Shown here: positions 60,096-64,000 of the stretch, one piece after another
How positions within the stretch are numbered: position 1 is the stretch's first letter
Layout: every line of letters begins with the position of its first letter
Assembly: GCA_965261395.1 (NCBI GenBank)
Contig: OZ253462.1
Location: 96,001 to 160,000, forward strand
Source of the DNA: Candidatus Latescibacterota bacterium
GTDB taxonomy: Bacteria > Latescibacterota > UBA2968 > UBA8231
Reading direction: 5' to 3'
DNA: 64,000 nt
Notes under the pieces: model-generated
Database searches by the model: none
What the model was told of the DNA's origin: nothing
Seen by the model: the letters and a program-made list of their open reading frames with translations, nothing else
Program-made: the position numbers and the translations under genes

Positions 60096-61577
60096 ATGGC
60101 CCAAGTCCTGAGCACCCCTTCGCACAGCCTCAAAGAGTTTCGCATTCTGCCTGGGTACACGCCAACCGACGGCAGCGCCCCCAACGCGTCGCTCAAAACC
60201 CGGCTCTGCCGCAAGGGGGACGGCTTTCTCTATCTGCACGTTCCCTTCCTCAGCGCCGCCATGCAGGCCGTGACTGGCGGCGAGATGGCCATTGCCTTGG
60301 CCCAGCTAGGCGGCATCGGCATCCTGCCCGTCAGCCAACCCACGGACGAGCAGTGCGCCAAAATCAGCCAAGTCAAGCGCTTCAAGGCCGGCTTTCAGAC
60401 CGATATTCTCACCTTGGCCCCCGAGCAGCCCATCGCCGAAGTAGTCGAGATCATCCACCGCACCGGCTATACGACCTTTCCGGTCACCACCAGCGGCCAG
60501 TTCCACGACCAGCTCCTCGGCATCCTCACCGACAAGGACTTCGACGAGCGCCGCGACCTCGACTGCCAAGTCGCCTCGCGCATGAAAACCGACGTGCAGG
60601 CCGGCCGCGAAATAAGCGACCTCAAAGCCGCCAACGAGCTGATGATCCGCTATGGCCGCGGCTTCCTGCCCATTCTATCCAAGGGGGGCGTCCTGCAAGC
60701 GGTGGTCTTCAAAAAGGACCTCGACAAGCACTTGCGGCATCCCAACGAATCGATCGACGAAAAGAAGCGCCTGCTCGTCGGCGCGGCTGTCTCTACCCAC
60801 CCAGAGGACCGCGAGCGGGCCGAAGCCCTCATTGAGCAAGAAGTGGACGTGCTGGTCATCGACGCCTCCGACGGCCACACCGAGTACCAGCGGCAGATGA
60901 TCCAATTCCTCAAGGAGCGCACCGACGCCCCGGTCATCGGCGGCAACGTCGTCACCGCCGAGGGATTTCGCTTTTTGGCCGCGGCCGGTGCCGACGCCAT
61001 CAAAGTCGGCATGGGGATCGGCTCGGGCTGCATTACGCAGGAAGTCAAGGCCACCGGCCGCGGTCAAGGCACGGCCTTGATGGAAATCAGCGCGGCGCGC
61101 AACCAGTGGCAGCAGGATTGCAACGCCTACTTGCCCATCGTCGCCGACGGCGGCATTTCGAGCCCGGCTGAGATCGCCGTGGCCATGGCCTTGGGTGCCA
61201 ACGCCGTGATGATGGGGCACTTCTTCGCCGGCTACACCGAAAGCCAAGGCAACCTCGTGCGCACCGCGGCCGGCGACATCGTCAAAGAGTACTGGATGGA
61301 AGGTTCGCTGCGCGCCCACAACATGCGGCGCTATGCCCAGGCACAAGAGCACTTCTTCGAGGAGGGCATCGCCGGCTACGTGCCCCACATCGGCTCGCTG
61401 CACGACAAATTGCCAATCCGCATCCAAATGCTGCGTGCCACCCTCGCCACGGCCGGTTGCCGCACCATCGACGAGCTGCACGAAAAGGCCGTGCTCGAAA
61501 TGCAGTCGTCCACCGCGCTGATGGACAGCCAAATCCACGACATCGTTCCCACCCCAACCGACCAACAGATCCTCTAG
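60096..61577 (+). CDS. guaB: IMP dehydrogenase (CBS-containing)
   Basis: PFLSAAMQAV, CBS pair, IDASDG, GGNVVT, KVGMGIGSGCITQ (catalytic Cys), ADGGI, KEYWMEGS, EEGI. Confidence 0.9.
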   Translation: MAQVLSTPSHSLKEFRILPGYTPTDGSAPNASLKTRLCRKGDGFLYLHVPFLSAAMQAVTGGEMAIALAQLGGIGILPVSQPTDEQCAKISQVKRFKAGFQTDILTLAPEQPIAEVVEIIHRTGYTTFPVTTSGQFHDQLLGILTDKDFDERRDLDCQVASRMKTDVQAGREISDLKAANELMIRYGRGFLPILSKGGVLQAVVFKKDLDKHLRHPNESIDEKKRLLVGAAVSTHPEDRERAEALIEQEVDVLVIDASDGHTEYQRQMIQFLKERTDAPVIGGNVVTAEGFRFLAAAGADAIKVGMGIGSGCITQEVKATGRGQGTALMEISAARNQWQQDCNAYLPIVADGGISSPAEIAVAMALGANAVMMGHFFAGYTESQGNLVRTAAGDIVKEYWMEGSLRAHNMRRYAQAQEHFFEEGIAGYVPHIGSLHDKLPIRIQMLRATLATAGCRTIDELHEKAVLEMQSSTALMDSQIHDIVPTPTDQQIL

Positions 61578-61580
61578 GCT

Positions 61581-62279
61581 ATGCGCATACTCCTTACCAA
61601 CGCCGCCACCTCGCTCGGCCAAGCCCTAGCCGCTGGTCTCAGCGACGCACACCTATTGCGCCTGACCGACCCTGAGCCAGGGGTTGGGATCCAAAGCGAT
61701 CTAGGCCACGGCTCAGAGACCGATGCACTCGTCAAAGACATCGACGCCATCGTCCACCGCGCCTACGCGCCGCGTGCAGGGGACGGCGAGGTCACTTGGC
61801 TGGACCGCAATACGCGCCGCACGTACAATCTGCTCTTGGCCGCGGCCGCCGCGGAAGTCGAACACGTCATCCTCTTGAGCACCCTCGACCTGTTCGCCCC
61901 GTACGCAGAAGATCTCACCGTTGACGAGACTTGGAAGCCGCTGCCCTCCTGCGCGCCGGCCGTTCTCGGCGCTCACCTAGCCGAGTTCACCGCCCGCGAA
62001 TTTGCCCACAGCCACGCGCTCGCCGTCACCATCGCCCGTCTCGGCCACCTAGTCCGCGCCGAAGAGATCGCCGGCCAGCCCTACGATCCAATGTGGCTCG
62101 ACGAGCGCGACGCCGCCCAAGCCGTGGCCCAGATCGTGCAAAAGGGACCCTCCAGTCGCCGCCGCCAGTACGGCGTGATGCACATCCAGTCTGACGCCCC
62201 CCGCGCCCGTTTCTCCATCGAGTCGGCCAAGAGCCACCTAACATTCGCCCCCCAATACAACTTTGAGGCCAACCCATGA
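61581..62279 (+). CDS. NAD-dependent epimerase/dehydratase-like protein with degenerate motifs
   Basis: Extended-SDR layout (MRILLT...LRLTD...TYNLL.AA) but no GxxGxxG and no YxxxK. Confidence 0.75.
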   Translation: MRILLTNAATSLGQALAAGLSDAHLLRLTDPEPGVGIQSDLGHGSETDALVKDIDAIVHRAYAPRAGDGEVTWLDRNTRRTYNLLLAAAAAEVEHVILLSTLDLFAPYAEDLTVDETWKPLPSCAPAVLGAHLAEFTAREFAHSHALAVTIARLGHLVRAEEIAGQPYDPMWLDERDAAQAVAQIVQKGPSSRRRQYGVMHIQSDAPRARFSIESAKSHLTFAPQYNFEANP

Positions 62280-63004
62280 AAGTTCTGCTCCTCGGTGGCA
62301 ACGGCTTTCTCGGCCCGCACGTGGTCAACCAACTCCAAGACACCTACGAGTTGCGCATCACCGACATCGTGCCCATCGATAGCCCGCACGAGACCATGCA
62401 GGTGGACGTCTCCGACCTCGATCAAGTGCGCCGTGCCACCGAGGGCACCGATGTAACCATCAACTGCTCGGTGCTGCGCCCCGACCGCAAGATCGCCTTC
62501 GACGTCAACACCACCGGCACGTACAACGGCATCCTCGCCGCCGTCGAAAACGGCCACACCCGCTTCGTCAATACCGGGCCGCACTTCACCCAAGCCGGCC
62601 CCTCGTACGATCACTACGACTTCGACATCAACGAGGAAGCCCCCCTGCATTCAGGTGTCAACCTCTACGCCCACAGCAAGTCGCTCGGCCAAGAGATTTG
62701 CCGCGTATTCGCCGCCAACCACCCCATCCACGTACTCACCACCCTCTTTTTGAGCTTCCGCGAGGCCGAGACGCCAGCGGAGCAACTCGGCAGCGGCACC
62801 AATCCCTTTTCGGTCACCTTTCCCGACGCTGCCCGCGCCCTGCAAAAGTGCCTGAAGGTGGCCTTGGCGTCCCTGCCCTCGCGCTGCGAGATTTTTCACA
62901 TCACCACGGACACGCCCCACGGCCGCTACAGCAACGCCAAGGCCCGACGGCTGCTCGGCTGGGTGCCGCAAGATCTGCTCGAAGGCTACTGGCGCAAGCC
63001 ATAA
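62276..63004 (+). CDS. NAD-dependent epimerase/dehydratase (uronate-dehydrogenase-like SDR)
   Basis: GGNGFLG, LRITD, DVNTTGTYN, YAHSK, KARRLLGWVPQ. Confidence 0.88.
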   Translation: MKVLLLGGNGFLGPHVVNQLQDTYELRITDIVPIDSPHETMQVDVSDLDQVRRATEGTDVTINCSVLRPDRKIAFDVNTTGTYNGILAAVENGHTRFVNTGPHFTQAGPSYDHYDFDINEEAPLHSGVNLYAHSKSLGQEICRVFAANHPIHVLTTLFLSFREAETPAEQLGSGTNPFSVTFPDAARALQKCLKVALASLPSRCEIFHITTDTPHGRYSNAKARRLLGWVPQDLLEGYWRKP

Positions 63005-63015
63005 GGCTAGCAGCC

Positions 63016-64000
63016 ATGCCCACGGCCTCCGCACAGATATTCGACGGCCCAGGCCATCCGCTGCGCAGTGAAAACCTGCCTCTGCCCGACTCCCTCGCGC
63101 CCGGTGCAGTGCTCGTCGAAATCGGTCTAGCCACGATCTGCGGCTCCGACCTCCACACGCTGTCCGGCCTGCGCTGTGAGCCTGCGCCCCTGATCCTCGG
63201 CCACGAGGCCGTCGGCCGCGTCGTCACCTCGCAGCGCCCCACCTTCGCGCCGGGCGACCGCATAAGCTGGAGCATTGCCGACAGTTGCGGTACCTGTCTG
63301 GCCTGCACCCAACATCGCTTGCCGGAAAAATGCGCTGCGCTTTTTAAATATGGCCACGCCACCCTCACCGACGGCAGCGGGCTCAACGGCTGTTACGCCA
63401 CCCATCTGCTCCTTAGACCCGGCACCCATATCGCCAAAGTGGACGACCGCTTGCCCGACTCCGTAGTCGCGCCGGCCAACTGCGCCTTGGCCACTGCGGT
63501 CAACGCCGTCGCGGTGCTGCCCATCCCCTGCCACAGGGTCCTAGTCCAAGGCGCTGGTCTGCTCGGCCTCTATACCTGCGCCCTGCTCGCCGAGCGCGGC
63601 ATCGAGCAAATCTACTGCACCGATATCGACGCAGACCGCCTAGCGCTGTCCACCGAATTCGGCGCTATACCCCTAATCGATCCACCACCGGCAGGACTCG
63701 ACGCTGTTTTTGAAGTCGCCGGCAACTCGGACTTGATCCCCGCAGGGATCGCGGCCCTGCGCCCAGGCGGCAGCTACTTTTTCGTCGGCATGGTCCATCC
63801 CGACACCCGGCTAGCGCTGACCGGCGAGCAGATCATCCGCAAGTGCTTGACGATCCGCGGCGTCCACAACTATAGCCCGCGCCATCTCGACGAGGCGCTC
63901 GCCTTTCTCGCCCGCACCGCCGACCGCTATCCGTACCCGTCGCTGGTCAGCGACCCCTTTGCCCTCGCAGCGCTAGAGCAAGCCATCGCCTTGGCCGAGA
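63016..64000 (+). CDS. Zinc-dependent alcohol dehydrogenase (MDR), 3' end runs off the window
   Basis: Own translation: MPTASAQIFDGPG...TICGSDLHT...ILGHEAVG...CGTCLAC...PEKC...PANCALAT...QGAGLLG...IRGVHNY. Confidence 0.9.
   Translation, partial: MPTASAQIFDGPGHPLRSENLPLPDSLAPGAVLVEIGLATICGSDLHTLSGLRCEPAPLILGHEAVGRVVTSQRPTFAPGDRISWSIADSCGTCLACTQHRLPEKCAALFKYGHATLTDGSGLNGCYATHLLLRPGTHIAKVDDRLPDSVVAPANCALATAVNAVAVLPIPCHRVLVQGAGLLGLYTCALLAERGIEQIYCTDIDADRLALSTEFGAIPLIDPPPAGLDAVFEVAGNSDLIPAGIAALRPGGSYFFVGMVHPDTRLALTGEQIIRKCLTIRGVHNYSPRHLDEALAFLARTADRYPYPSLVSDPFALAALEQAIALAE

Overview
64-kb chromosomal segment of a GC-rich diderm bacterium, most likely Ca. Latescibacterota. That placement is an inference from T9SS/FlgD-type C-termini, DFDDFFxFADxFG dockerin-like repeats, an mcsA-mcsB-clpC block inside a lolCDE/bamA/skp cluster, and a divergent 16S. 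Positions 1-54 kb are almost all minus-strand housekeeping genes: sugar ABC ATPase, rimI, tsaB, ruvCAB, yebC, EF-G2, a complete 16S-tRNA(Ile)-23S-5S operon, rhamnose isomerase, pyrB, fabZ, skp, bamA, clpC/mcsB/mcsA, lolD/lolCE, frameshifted prfB, S8 protease, lolA, ftsK, tsaD, moaDE and hisGDB. Positions 54-64 kb are mostly plus-strand: a Rdx/SelW selenoprotein missed by the ORF track, TPR protein, rdgB, ABC exporter pair, guaB, two SDRs and a Zn-ADH. The most unusual part is a surface-protein locus at about 38.1-50.3 kb. It has two near-consensus tandem promoters and a 1747-aa Ig/cohesin/dockerin protein with a compositionally foreign N-terminal half. Downstream is a 682-aa (cohesin-Ig)x2 partner, and the two genes end in homologous hairpins, only one with a U-tract. 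Upstream are GT-C/GT4 glycosyltransferases, a 33-bp VNTR coiled-coil gene, a palindromic MITE/REP and a sharp local strand-skew anomaly. No CRISPR array, transposase, integrase or reverse transcriptase was seen. All calls are from reading the sequence by eye; no database searches were run.
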